This document shows, piece after piece, positions 26,355-38,687 of a stretch of DNA of 64,000 bases. Location: contig OX597840.1 of NCBI GenBank assembly GCA_951406725.2, positions 18,662,001 through 18,726,000 on the forward strand. Reading direction: 5' to 3'. The notes under the pieces are model-generated. The model worked only from the letters and a program-made list of their open reading frames with translations, was not told the origin of the DNA and did no database searches. The translations under genes were made by a program, and so were the position numbers. How positions within the stretch are numbered: position 1 is the stretch's first letter; each line of letters opens with the position of its first letter. Source of the DNA: Octopus vulgaris (lineage: Eukaryota).

Positions 26355-26761
26355 ATACAAGATAAGAAAATGGAGAAATACATCTAAATCAAATATCAAT
26401 TACCAGATAAAACTCAATCACATACTTTATTAAACCACCACATAAGAGACTGTAGGGTTAAACATAAAGAGCAGAACAGATCAGTGTACATAAAGGAATG
26501 TACAGAGTAATGTTGTATAATAAGTAGAATATATATAAAAAAGAGAATATTCTCTTTTTTATATAGATTCTACTTATTATACAACATTACTCTTTTATGT
26601 ACACTTTTTTATGTACATTCCTTTATGTACACTGATTTGTTCTGCTTTTTATCTCTAACCCTACAGTCTCTTATGTGGTGGTTTAATAAAGTATGTGATT
26701 GAGTTTTATCTGGTAATTGATATTTGATTTAGATGTATTTCTCCATTTTCTTATCTTGTAT
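26355..26761. repeat. ~400-bp loopless inverted repeat (palindrome)
   Basis: Arms 26355-26548 and 26549-26761 are reverse complements, centred on AGAGAAT|ATTCTCT; few mismatches and one ~19-nt insertion in the right arm. Confidence 0.93.
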
Positions 26762-27359
26762 ATATATATCATGAGATCACCGTGACTGACCAGGCTATCA
26801 GATGTTGCTACACATCGCTGGTCACAATGCATTCGCATTGTTTTAGCCTTCAAATGACGCCATCTCGCTGGCTAAGCGAGAAGGCCAACAGAAGAAAGAG
26901 TGAGAGAAAGTTGTGGTGAAAGAGTACAGCAGGGATTGCCACCCCCCACCCCCTGCCGGAGCCTCATGGAGCTTTGGGTGTTTTCGCTCAATAAACATTC
27001 ACAACGCCCGGTCTGGGAATCGAAACTGCGATCCTACGACTGAGTCCACTGCCCTAACCACTGGGCCATTGTGCCTCCATATATATATATATATTATAAT
27101 AGTAGGGAATATAATTCTAAAACTTATAGGGAAAAATTCAATTGAACAATTTTAAATCAAATTTCACAATATATAATATATGTGTATAATTTAGAGAAAA
27201 ACGTCTATTAAACAATTCAATAACGAAAGATGTTATAGCCACAAAACGCGCATAGTCTTTTCACTACTATTTACTATTTATTGATTTTTAGAATAAGGTT
27301 TTTATAGTATATGCTTCTATATGGTGTGAATAACATCTTTCATTATTGAATTATATACA

Positions 27360-27743
27360 TCTCTCTCTATATAAACAGCAGTTTGTCTGTACGTTTTCTG
27401 TGTGTCTGTTTTCTCGTACCCTCACCCTGACCACTGCTTTCAACCGATTCTGATGAAACTTGACACACACATAGCCCAATGTCATAATTCAAAACTAACG
27501 CAGCGAAAATTTTGAAAAGTTCCCCCACTTCTGAAAAAAATCGATAAATTCGACATGGGGTCGAGAATCAGAAACACAAACCACAGACCGTCTAGGGGAC
27601 GCAACTCCACCTTTTTTAACTCTCAAAAAAAATTTACCATCATTTTTTCCCCATTTTTTTGCTATTTTTTGGCTATAACTCTCTAAAAATGCTTTATAGT
27701 TATTTCCCTTACAAACCCGAGCAACGCCGGGCGATACTGCTAG
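27360..27743 (+). mobile_element. Non-autonomous Helitron, family 1 (degenerate copy at ~34536-34860)
   Basis: 5' TC..TATATAAAC start; 3' hairpin CCCG-AGCAACGC-CGGG followed by CTAG|T terminus. Confidence 0.75.
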
Positions 27744-27744
27744 T

Positions 27745-28317
27745 TATATATATAAAGCTGAAGTTGTCTGTGTATGGCAGGTTTGGTAGCCTTCAACTAA
27801 CATTATCTCCTCTGAGACCCTGCAGCGCAAGTTGACCAAAATCGAGAGTATGATAGAAGAAGGCCTGTTCTTCCTTCTGTAGAAGATAGAATTCAAATCG
27901 GACCATGTTAACACCAAAAATTATTTACATCAAAAAGGAGCTTTTTCTTCCTATGAAAATCCTTATTTTTTACGATTTTTGACTGCTATTGTGTCGGTGG
28001 CACATAAAAAGCACCCACTACACTCACGGAGTGGTTGGCGTTAGGAAGGGCATCCAGCTGTAGAAACACTGCCAGATCTGACTGGCCTTGTGCAGCCTTC
28101 GGGCTTCCCAGACCCCAGTTAAACCGTCCAACCCATGCTAGCATGGAAAACGGACGTTAAACGATGATGATGATGTGCCGCTATTTTTTGGTGTATTTCA
28201 ACCAGAAAAATGTTCACTCAAAGAGAATAAGCTACATAATGCAAAATTTTTACTTTTCAAAAATTCCAATTCTAAAGGGTTGAAACAAACCAGAGCAACA
28301 CCAGACGATACTGCTAG
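27745..28317 (+). mobile_element. Non-autonomous Helitron, family 2, carrying an RTE 3' insertion (27991-28174); uninterrupted copy at ~36995-37336
   Basis: Same 3' end (..GCAAC..GATACTGCTAG|T); aligns by eye with 36995-37336 apart from the insertion. Confidence 0.7.
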
Positions 28318-28321
28318 TGTG

Positions 28322-28362
<41 letters not shown>

Positions 28363-28545
28363 ACACAGGGAGTTGAACAGCGTTTGGACAACAAAGCAGC
28401 ATATAAATGTATCTCTATATTTATTTCTAGAACATTCTGGCAACACTGAATGCACTATAAAAGGATTCATGAGACTCTTTTGTTCAGTCTATTTCCAGTT
28501 ATCAAAGTGGACACACAGCATTATTGAGAGCTGCATTCATCACAA

Positions 28546-28755
28546 ATGGCATCAAGAAGTTGTAAACATCCGACAGATGGATTTTGTTACATCTGCAGTG
28601 AATTTATCAAGAGAAGAACAAAAAAGTACTCTGTAACAACGACTATTAAAATGTGTGGGGCCTACAAGGCATATTCCAGCATGCCTGTCAGGGAACAGGA
28701 TAAACCCTGGGGATCTCATTTCACCTGCAAACTCTGCAATAGAACTCTAGAAGAT
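28546..28755 (+). pseudogene. N-terminal fragment of a DNA-transposon protein of the FCYIC..QDK.W.PH..C..C family
   Basis: MASRSCKHPTDGFCYICSEF...YKAY..MPVREQDKPWGSHFTCKLC; truncated. Confidence 0.6.
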
Positions 28756-29567
28756 ATGATGGAAAATTTGGCTTATTTGGATAGTGGAATTTTTAAGAGT
28801 AAAAATTTTGAATTTTTTTTCCCCTTTTTTTTTAAACCAGTTTTATAGAAAATATGTTCACTGTATTTAATGAAAATACAATATACAAAATCAAGTACAG
28901 TACAATGACTAAATGTAAATACATCTGTAATTGTAAATATTTCTTTATGTGTGAAAGATGATGAATGATTGGGAAAGCAAGTGTAATATATTTGTATTTT
29001 TATACTCATATTTTTGTTTTGGTCTTTTGCAGGCTGGTACAATGATCCGATGAAGACACTTTTGCCTCAGACAGCTTAGGAAAAAGTCTAAGACATCTGA
29101 AGGCTGCAAACTCCTGATCTAGAGTCTAAGACATCTGAAGGCTGCAAACTCCTGATCTAGAGTCGAAACATACTGATCCAATTTTATGTGCAGTGGAGGA
29201 AACAATACTTTCAGGGGGTCCAATAGGCCTAGTGCCTTAGCAAGGATCATTAGCATGCTAAGTAGTATTTCATCCTTTTGGGGTCGATAAAGTACCAGGT
29301 GAAAGACTGGAGTCAAGTTTTAAGCCTTCTGCCTTTAGTAGAAAGGATTATTATTATTATACACTCTTTTACTCGTTTCAGCCATGTGACTGTGGTCATG
29401 CTGGAGCACCGCCTTTAGTCAAGCAAATCGACCCCAGGATATTCTTTGTAAGCCTAGTACTTATTCTACATCCCCACTAAGTTACGGGGATGTAAACACA
29501 CCAGCATCAGTTGTCAAGCGATGTTGGGGGAACAAACACAGACACACAAACATATACAGACACTTAC

Positions 29568-29598
<31 letters not shown>

Positions 29599-30663
29599 TA
29601 TACAATGAGCTTCTTTCAGTTTCCATCTACCAGATCCACTCACAAGGCTTTGGTCACCCGAGGCTATAATAGAAAACACTTGTCTAAGGTGCCATGCAGT
29701 GGGACTGAACCCGGAACCATGTGATTGGTAAGCAAGCTTATTTTTAACCCTTCAGCATTCAAATTACTCCATCAAATGTAAAGATTGTTTATTCATATTG
29801 TTTTCAATTAACCATACATTATCTCAGAGCTCTGAGATTTCGATGATATTACTGTCTACCTTTCGAATGACATTGTAGGGTAGGTGTGAGAAGTTAGACC
29901 AGGCCTGTTTGAACTTAAGACAGGACGCAGACTAAATGCCAAAGAGTTAAGGCGAGAAGCTGGCAGAATTGTTAGCTTCCTGCACAAAATACTCAGCAGT
30001 ATTTGTACTCACTCCTCGTACTGAGTTCAAATCCCGGTAAACCTGATTTTACCTTCCATCCATTCTGGGTCAGTAAAATAAGTAACAGTGGAGTACTGTT
30101 GGTCAATGTAATCAATTAAACCCCTCCCCCAAAATTCCAGGTTTCGTGGCGACATTGTAAAAAAGGATTATTTCTAATTAGGTCAATTCGTTATTTATTT
30201 CACAATGTCCTATTTTTTTTTAAATATCCATTTTAAGTTTAGCCTATAATTTACATAATTAGATTGTTTTTCACAATCTGGTGTCTTTTTAAAGACATTT
30301 TTATTATTTCATTATTTGATTTGTTTCTGGTTTATTTTTTAATTAAAACCAAAAATAAATAAATAAAAACAAAATTACATTATGTTCTGTCACAAAACAA
30401 AGCAAAAAATATGCAGAGCCTAATGACATGAAGGCCATGGAACAAAGTAAACTATTATTAGCCACAGGACATCTAATTGGGATTCCGGTTTATTCTCTTT
30501 TGCCTCGGCTAACCCACCACAATATTCTATTATCAAAGGTACAGATGTGGCTACGAGTGTTTGTGGTTGAGATGCTAGCCTCCCAACTGAATGGCCTCAG
30601 GTTAAGTCTACTGAAGCTCCAAGCTGACCAAAGACTTGCAAGAGGAAACTGAAAGAAGCCCAT

Positions 30664-30702
<39 letters not shown>

Positions 30703-30805
30703 CGGAGTAAACACATAAATGTGAAAAAGGTGGAAAAAAAGAGTACTCAAATACCAGGGGTAGAGTAATATGCTTTATTTAAAAGCAGCAGAAATTTAAC
30801 AAAAG

Positions 30806-30843
30806 CTGTTACTCGGAGTTTCACGTTCCCATTCGTCGGACAG
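30806..30843 (-). ncRNA. Hammerhead-like motif, CCGACGA core variant
   Basis: CTGT CCGACGA ATG-GGAA-CGT GAAAC TCCGA GTA ACAG; stem I CTGT/ACAG, stem III ACTC/GAGT. Confidence 0.55.
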
Positions 30844-30913
30844 TTTCGTTAAAATTTTAACAAAACTGTCCAACGAACGGAAACTCCAAATAACAGGTTT
30901 TGTTGAATTTCTG

Positions 30914-30955
<42 letters not shown>

Positions 30956-31436
30956 AAGTAAGATAGGGGTTATGAGGGTAACCCACTATGGGATATCAGT
31001 TACCCAATATACTGCTGTTGTTTTGTTTGATTTTCATGTTCCTATTTATATAATTAATAAATAATATGAAATTGTAATATCTGTAACTTGATGATCGAAA
31101 TGAATTTGTTCCTCCATTTTCTTATTTGTATTATATATATATATATATATATAACTATATAAATATATATTTTTTTAGCCATTTCTGTGTGTCTTCATCT
31201 TTCTGTCGAAGAGCATAGGCTCGAAACGTAAAAAGGGGAGGAGCTTGTTCTATGGATGCCAACTCCGCCGCCATCGACACACGAAAAATTATGCTAAATA
31301 ATAAAAAATTTGTTTTATTTTTAAAATCGTAGACTCATCGTACCTCAGACGGGCTCGATATGAATCACAACTATAAGATACTTTTTAAACTGTTTAGTTA
31401 GGAATCTAAATCAAGGGGACAGACACTTCACAACTA

Positions 31437-31483
<47 letters not shown>

Positions 31484-31501
31484 ATATTTTTTTCCTGTGT
31501 A

Positions 31502-31539
31502 TCTTTCTGTCGAAGAGCATAGGCTCGAAACGTAAAAGA
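31502..31539 (+). ncRNA. Hammerhead-like motif, CTGTCGA core variant (second copy at 31198-31235)
   Basis: TCTTT CTGTCGA A GAGC-ATAG-GCTC GAAAC GTA AAAGA; 5-bp stem I, 4-bp stem II, palindromic ACGT stem III. Confidence 0.5.
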
Positions 31540-32819
31540 CTTGTTCTATTTCTATTCCTGAGCGCAACTAATACATTTATTTGTTTGTACCACCTGCCTT
31601 CATCTTTCTGGGTTATTTTCGTAAACCTCCCCATATATATATTTGTGTTGCCATCATAGTTGTAAATGAGAACATTGCAACCATACAACTGAAGTTGTTC
31701 ACTGCCAGTCTCCCATGAAAGACCTTCCCTGGCCATAGGGAAAATATTCCCTTGCTTTGAAGCAGACAAGGGTTGGGGACAGAAAGGGCATCAGCTGTAA
31801 ATAATCTGCCTTGTCAATGAAAAGTGGACATTAAACTTTTTGGCATTCAAACTCTTTTACTCTTATTTGTTTCAGTCATTTCACTGCGGCCATGCTGGAG
31901 CACCATCTTTCGTCGAGCAAATCGACCCCAGGACTTATTCTTTGTAAGCCTAGTACTTATTCTATCGGTCTGTTTTGCCAAACCGCCAAGTTACAGGGAT
32001 GTAAACACACCAGCATTGGTTGCCAAGCGATGTTGGGGGGGGGGGGGACAAACACACACACACATACATACATATATATACGATAGGCTTCTTTCAGTTT
32101 CTGTCTACCAAATCCAAATCTACTCACAAGGCTTTGGTCGGCCCGAAGCTATAGTAGAAGACACTTGCCTGTGGTACCACGCAGTGGGACTGAACCCGGA
32201 ACCATGTGGTTGGTAAGCAAGCTACTTACCACACAGCCACTCCTGAGCCTGGCCATATCTAGCCTAAATATTCTCCTTGTTTTATGCCCATACCAGTCAG
32301 ATTCAACCTATCACACATACCCTACAATGCCCTAAAAATAAGCAATTACATCATGAAAATCTCAAAGCTGCAGATGATGCATGATTAATTAAAAACAATG
32401 TGGATAAATAAGGGTTACAGTTGACAGAATAATCTGAATGCTAAGGGGTTAAACAATGATGATATCCCATCACAGAACAAATGGAGAGAAATAAAAGGGA
32501 AGCAAAAAAAAAAAAAAGAAAAAAAACAGGAAATTTTATCACTTATTAGATTGCAACCATGTTAGGGCATTGCCTTGAAGAAATTTCAGTTGAATGAATC
32601 AACCCCCTATTTTTTTTTTTTTTTAAGCCAGGTACTTATTCTATCATTCTCTTTAGCTGAACTGCTAAATCACAGGTACTTAAACACAGCAACACCTGTT
32701 GTCAAGCAGTGGGGGTGACCAACACAGACAGAAAGACACACACACATAATGGGCTTCTTTTAGTTTCTGGTCAGCCCAAGGCTATAGCAGAAGACACTCG
32801 CCCAAAGTGCCACACAGTA

Positions 32820-32856
<37 letters not shown>

Positions 32857-33974
32857 TGCACACACACATATATACGACAGGGTAGGCAGCGCTTACCTTT
32901 AATAAAACAGATTGGTAGTAACATTTTCCTTTTATGGCAAAATATGAACCTAATTCAATAAAATTTTGAAGGTTACTCTGATTACTGTGCATAAAATGCA
33001 AAATATATTTGATTTTTTTTTTTGTACATTAGGCAGGCATAATTCGCCCCTGCTTTTCAATCTCAGTATTAAAGCTATGCATAGTAATGCTGTAGTACAT
33101 GTGCTGTGTACACTCCTACAACAACATTTTCTTTAAGTGCTATAAAGGCAGAAATAAATCTACCTTCAACTCAATCATGCATGTTTTTCGCTTATTTTTT
33201 TGCCTACCCTGAGTAATTACTGATGGCACGTGCCTGATATATATATATAAGGCCCAACCCATGCAAGCATGGAAAATTGGGTGTTGATGATGATGATATA
33301 AATATATATATATATATATATTTATAAAAATTTCACATAGTCATTGTTGTGAAACTAATAACCTGGTGTAGAACATGATAAATGTTAGCTGAGTGTAGAG
33401 CGCCTAATAAGAAAGAGATGACAAAGCAATAAATAATTATCGTATGAACTTCAGTAGCTTACAGCTCTTTCTGCTATAAAATGCAGTGGACTCATAGCTG
33501 AGTAACACCTTATAGCTCCGTCGTAGCCTCGAATACTGTGCACAGTCTATGATGAAGCAGTAAGGTGTTACTCAAGCCCTCAAATATGAGCCCACTGCTT
33601 CTTATACCAGAAACAGCTGTAAGGTAATGGAGTTCATAATGTAATCATTTATTCCTTTGTCTTCTTATTTTCTTATCGCTGCTCAGTATTTGACTAATGC
33701 ATTGTTCAGAAGCATACATATATGTTGAGTTTCACACAAGGTTATTAGTCTCATAATATCAAAGTGCAATAAACACAAATACACACAAACACATTTACAA
33801 GGAGTATACAAAATACAGGAAACTAAAAAGGGAAAAGTTTTAACTTGACAGCTGTTTCAAGGAGCTTGGAATTATGTAACATTCATAATGAAGGTGAAAT
33901 GTGCAAAATGTCTTGGATATGCAACTAATAAATAGTCACATAGAGATATTACAAATTTTTTTTTTTGAGACCCC

Positions 33975-34300
33975 CCTTCAATCATGACTGATCATGGGAT
34001 TGGATCTAGAAAGTTACCCTCCGAGGCACAAGTCCGGGCAAGGTTGTTTATGGAAGACCAGCAGTCGCCCATGCATACAAGCCTCCCCTCTCCACACCAC
34101 CAGTGTTATCCAAGGGAAGGGCAAAGGCCAATACACCTTGGCACCTGTGACGTCACAACTCATTTTTACAGCTGAGTGAACTGGAGCAACGTGAAATGAA
34201 GTGTCTTGCTCGAGAACACAACACGCAGCCCAATCTGAGATTCAAACTCACAAACTCACGACCGTAAACTCAACGTGCTAACCACTGAGCCATGCACCTT
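33975..34300 (-). mobile_element. Third tRNA-headed SINE family (also ~6900-7210); further SINE types at ~26770-27078(-), 23250-23520(+) and 63625-63925(-)
   Basis: Repeated within the window; tRNA-like head on the minus strand (GGCTCAGTGGTTAG...GAGTTTGAATC). Confidence 0.65.
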
Positions 34301-34967
34301 CACTATTACGAATTACTATGTATTTATCTGCATCACTATCTCCAACTATATATATTTTCTAACAGAAAAGTATGTTATTAAAAAGAATTACTGTTTACAT
34401 AACTTTTTTAAAATCACTGTGGATAAATGCCAGCAATGACCTTCTCAGGTTCTCCAATATTTTAATTCTTAAACAGAAACAATTGGGGCAAGGAGGAGGT
34501 TGCAAAAAATCCATCATTTTTCAAATTTTCCTTTTATCTCTATATAAACGGCAGTTTGTCTGTGCGTGTTTCTGTGTGTCTGTTTTCTCGTACCTCACCC
34601 TGACATTTCAACCGATTCTGATGAAACTTGACACACATAGCCCAATGTCATAATTCAAAACTAACGAGAAAATTTTGAAAAGTTAACCCCAGTTCTGAAA
34701 AATCGATAAATTCGACATGGGGTCAGAATAAAAACAAATGTCTAGGGACAACTCAACCTTTTTTTACTAAAAAAAATTTACATATTTTTTTCCATTTTTT
34801 TGCATTTTTTTGCTATAACTTAAAATGTTTATTTATTTCTTACCTGGAGCGGCAGCTAAGCATATAAATGTATTTATGGAGGAAGATATTGAAAAACATC
34901 AATACATGCAAGAGTGATAAAGAAACGAGGATTGTCTCGGGATGTACATGGAAAACATGTTAAATTA

Positions 34968-35041
<74 letters not shown>

Positions 35042-35177
35042 GTAGGATTCATTTGAATCAAATTAATTTAATAATCAGGACACAAAGTCAGAGCTGAGAT
35101 TAGCATATCTGTGTGAACAATATAAACAGACACTCACATACATCAATGAATATATGGACATGGTTTAACACATATGC

Positions 35178-35212
<35 letters not shown>

Positions 35213-36371
35213 GCATATGGTGAAGGTCAGAGCACAATGTCGCTCCCTCATTTGAAGCAGACCTGTTTGTTTTTCAAATAATACTTTTCTCAAATACAAA
35301 AATATCTTCATACTTTGACCATGAGAAAGTAACAAAAGAAAAAAAAAAAAATCAAATGTGAACGTCAAAGATTTTAAACTGCTATTATGTGTACATGAGA
35401 ATATATATATGTATATCATCATCATCATCCTTTAACGTCCACTTTCCATGCTGTCATGGGTTGGACAGTTTGATTGGGGACTGGTGAGCCAGATGGCTGC
35501 ACCAGGCTCCAATCTCATCTGGCAGAGTTTCTACAGCTGGATGTGCTTCCTAACGCCAACCACTCTGAGAGTGTAATGGGTGCTTTTACGTGCCACTGGC
35601 ACTAGGACCAGTCAGGCAGCACTGGCAATGGCCACGCTCCAATGGTGTTTATTACGTGTCACCTGCAGACAAGCCAGTCCATCGGCACTGGCAACGCCCT
35701 CGCTTGAATGTTTTTTTTTACGTACCACCGGCACAAGTGCCAGTAAGGTGACACTAGTAACAATTACACTTGGATGGTGCTCTTAGTGCTCCACTAGCAT
35801 GGATGCCAGTCATGCGGTGCTGTCATCAAACTTGATTTCGATTTCACTTGCCTCAACAGGTCTTCATGTGTGTGTGTGTGTATATATACTCTTTTAATCT
35901 TTTACTTGTTTCAGTCATTTGACTGTGGCCATGCTGGAGCACCGCCTTTAATCGAGCAACTCAACCCCGAGACTTATTCTTTTGTAAGCCCAGTACTTAT
36001 TCTATCGGCCTCTTTTGCCGAACGACTAAGTAACGGGGGACATAAACACACAAGCATCGGTTGTCAAGCAATGCTAGAGGGACAAACACAGACACACACA
36101 CGCATATATATATATATATATACATATATACGATGGGCTTCTTTCAGTTTCCGTCTACCAAATCCGCTCACAAGGCTTTGGTCGGCCCGAGGCTATAGTA
36201 GAAGACCCTTGCCCAAGGTGCCACACAGTGGGACTGAACCTGGAACCATGTGGTTGGTAAACAAGCTACTTACCACACAGCCACTCCTGCGTCTATATAT
36301 ATATAAGAATTTTTTGCGTAATGAGATAAAAAAACCAAGGCTGTATAGATATTAGAGTATTTATAGATAGG

Positions 36372-36420
36372 TCTTACAGCTGTTTCTAGAATATTAATAA
36401 TAATATCCCTTCATCGGAGA
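36372..36420 (-). ncRNA. Hammerhead-like motif, CCGATGA core variant
   Basis: TCT CCGATGA A GGGATATT..AATATTCT A GAAAC AGCT GTA AGA; palindromic ACAGCTGT stem III; lies between (TA)n tracts. Confidence 0.5.
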
Positions 36421-36535
36421 TGGTGTGAGAGGAAAAGTTAAGTCATAGTTAGTTTCGATGTGATATAAAATAGAGAGTGAGGTGGAGGAAAGAAAATAGA
36501 TGTAAGATATGCATGGTTATTGAGTTCATAAGTCC

Positions 36536-36571
<36 letters not shown>

Positions 36572-36948
36572 AAATCAGTGACTTGTTTTAGTTAATAAAC
36601 TGAGTCCATGCTGGGGAACTGTCTTGAAGGTTTTCAGTTGACCAAATTGGTCACACTACTCAAAGTTTGGTACTTATTCTACTGGTCTCTTCTTTTGCTG
36701 AACTGCAAAGTGATGAGGATGTAAACAAACCAACATCAACTATCAAGTGACGAGACAAAATACATTGCGTGGGTGAGTATACAATGGGCTTCCACATAGT
36801 ATCCGTCTACTAAATTCACTCACAAGGCAATGATTGACCTGGGGTTATAGTAGAAGACACATGGGGTGGTGCACAATGAGATTGAACTTGAAACTACATG
36901 GTTAAAAAATGAGCAGTTTAACCACATAGCCATGCCTATATATATATC

Positions 36949-36995
<47 letters not shown>

Positions 36996-37546
36996 AGCCT
37001 TTAACTAACACTATCTCCTCCGAGACCCTGTGGCGCAAGTTGACCAAAATTGAGAGTATGATAGAAGGCTTGCTCTTCTCTCCATAGAAGAAAAAATTCA
37101 AATCGGACCATGTTAACACCAAAAATTATTTACATCAAAAAGGTGCTTTTTTTCTATGAAAATCCCTATTTTTTACGATTTTTGACTGCTGTGTCGCCAT
37201 TTTTCGGTGTATTTCAACCAGAAAAAGGTTCACTTAAAGAGAATAACAAGCTACATAATGCAAATTTTTTACTTTTCAAAAATTCCAATTCTAAAAGGGT
37301 CGAAACAAACCCGAACAACGCTGGGCGATACTGCTATTATATATATATATATATATATACACACAAAATAAGAAAATATATCTAAATCATTCTTCAACTA
37401 TCAGATAATACCGAATCATATACTTTATTAAAACACTACACAAGAGCATTAAGATTAGACATTAATACAGTACAATAATTACAATCAATATAATGAGATA
37501 TAACTAAATAAATATAACAAGATATAAAAATACATATACATTATAG

Positions 37547-37657
37547 CTGACAGCTGTTTCGGCCATGCAGATAGGTATGTCTCATTTAACCTATATTAGC
37601 CATATATTGCAGGTATAAATGAGACATTAACAAAAATATCTTACGGCTTCTTCGGAG
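37547..37657 (-). ncRNA. Hammerhead-like motif with long stem II, CCGAAGA core variant
   Basis: CT CCGAAGA A GCC...(ATGTCTCATTTA/TAAATGAGACAT helix)...GGCC GAAAC AGCT GTC AG. Confidence 0.5.
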
Positions 37658-38620
37658 ATTCTAATGTAAGTATGAGTACATACCCAAAAATCATTTACAT
37701 ATAAATATAAATATGAGTGCATATATACTCATATCCTTATATATATATACACATATACATATACATAATAATATAAATCAATATATATCAATAAACATAA
37801 TAATGTTCTATATTGAATGTTACAGTTCCTCAACTAATATTAAGAAATTACAACAGATATATTCATACTTAATGCAGACATATATAGTAAACAGTTCATT
37901 ATATTAATTTGTGTTACTTTACAAAAAGTCAAAAATGCTAATACCAATACCATTATCAATAACAATAATGTTATCAATATCAATATTCTTACTACTAACA
38001 ACATCATTACTAATGAAACAATACATATATCTCACAATTAACAACATAGTAGCAACACTGAAGACCAATAAATACCACCATAGTATTATTCAAGGCAAAT
38101 AGATATCTGCATATATATGCAATCAGTCAAATTCCTCTGTTTGCATGGTATTAATTTCCACAGATACATTTGATTGGCCTATACTTTTAAATTTGAATTA
38201 CAATAGATATTTTACGGTTAGTTAGCTAGGAAACATACACACGCGCACGCACATCCACAAACGTACGCACATACAGACATAGTCACATGTTTACACACAC
38301 AGACATACCCACATACACAACCAAATCATAAATAACAAATAACATAAGAGGTACTATCTCACCTATACACACACATAAATGCTTACAAACAGATCCACTC
38401 ACATATGTCCATAAATCCATATATATATATATAATCGATAATAATAAAGAGTAAAATTAATAATGAGTAATTTTACCAAGTAGTTTGGTATGTTAAAAGA
38501 ACCATTATTGGTAAAGTTATACAAAAATTCTATAGTACTTTGAATGTATGCTATTTTGATGGCAGTTGGTCGATTACGTATGTTAATTATCAGTGCTCTC
38601 AAGTTTAAAATTTGAAATGT

Positions 38621-38687
38621 TGTACTGACAAAGGAAATGAGTGATTAGAAATATTTTACATCTCTCTAATCCCGAAACGCGTATACA
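38621..38687 (+). ncRNA. Hammerhead motif with G8A core mutation (probably dead)
   Basis: TGTA CTGACAA A GG..GATTAGA..TCTAATC CC GAAAC GC GTA TACA; stem I TGTA/TACA, palindromic ACGCGT stem III. Confidence 0.55.
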
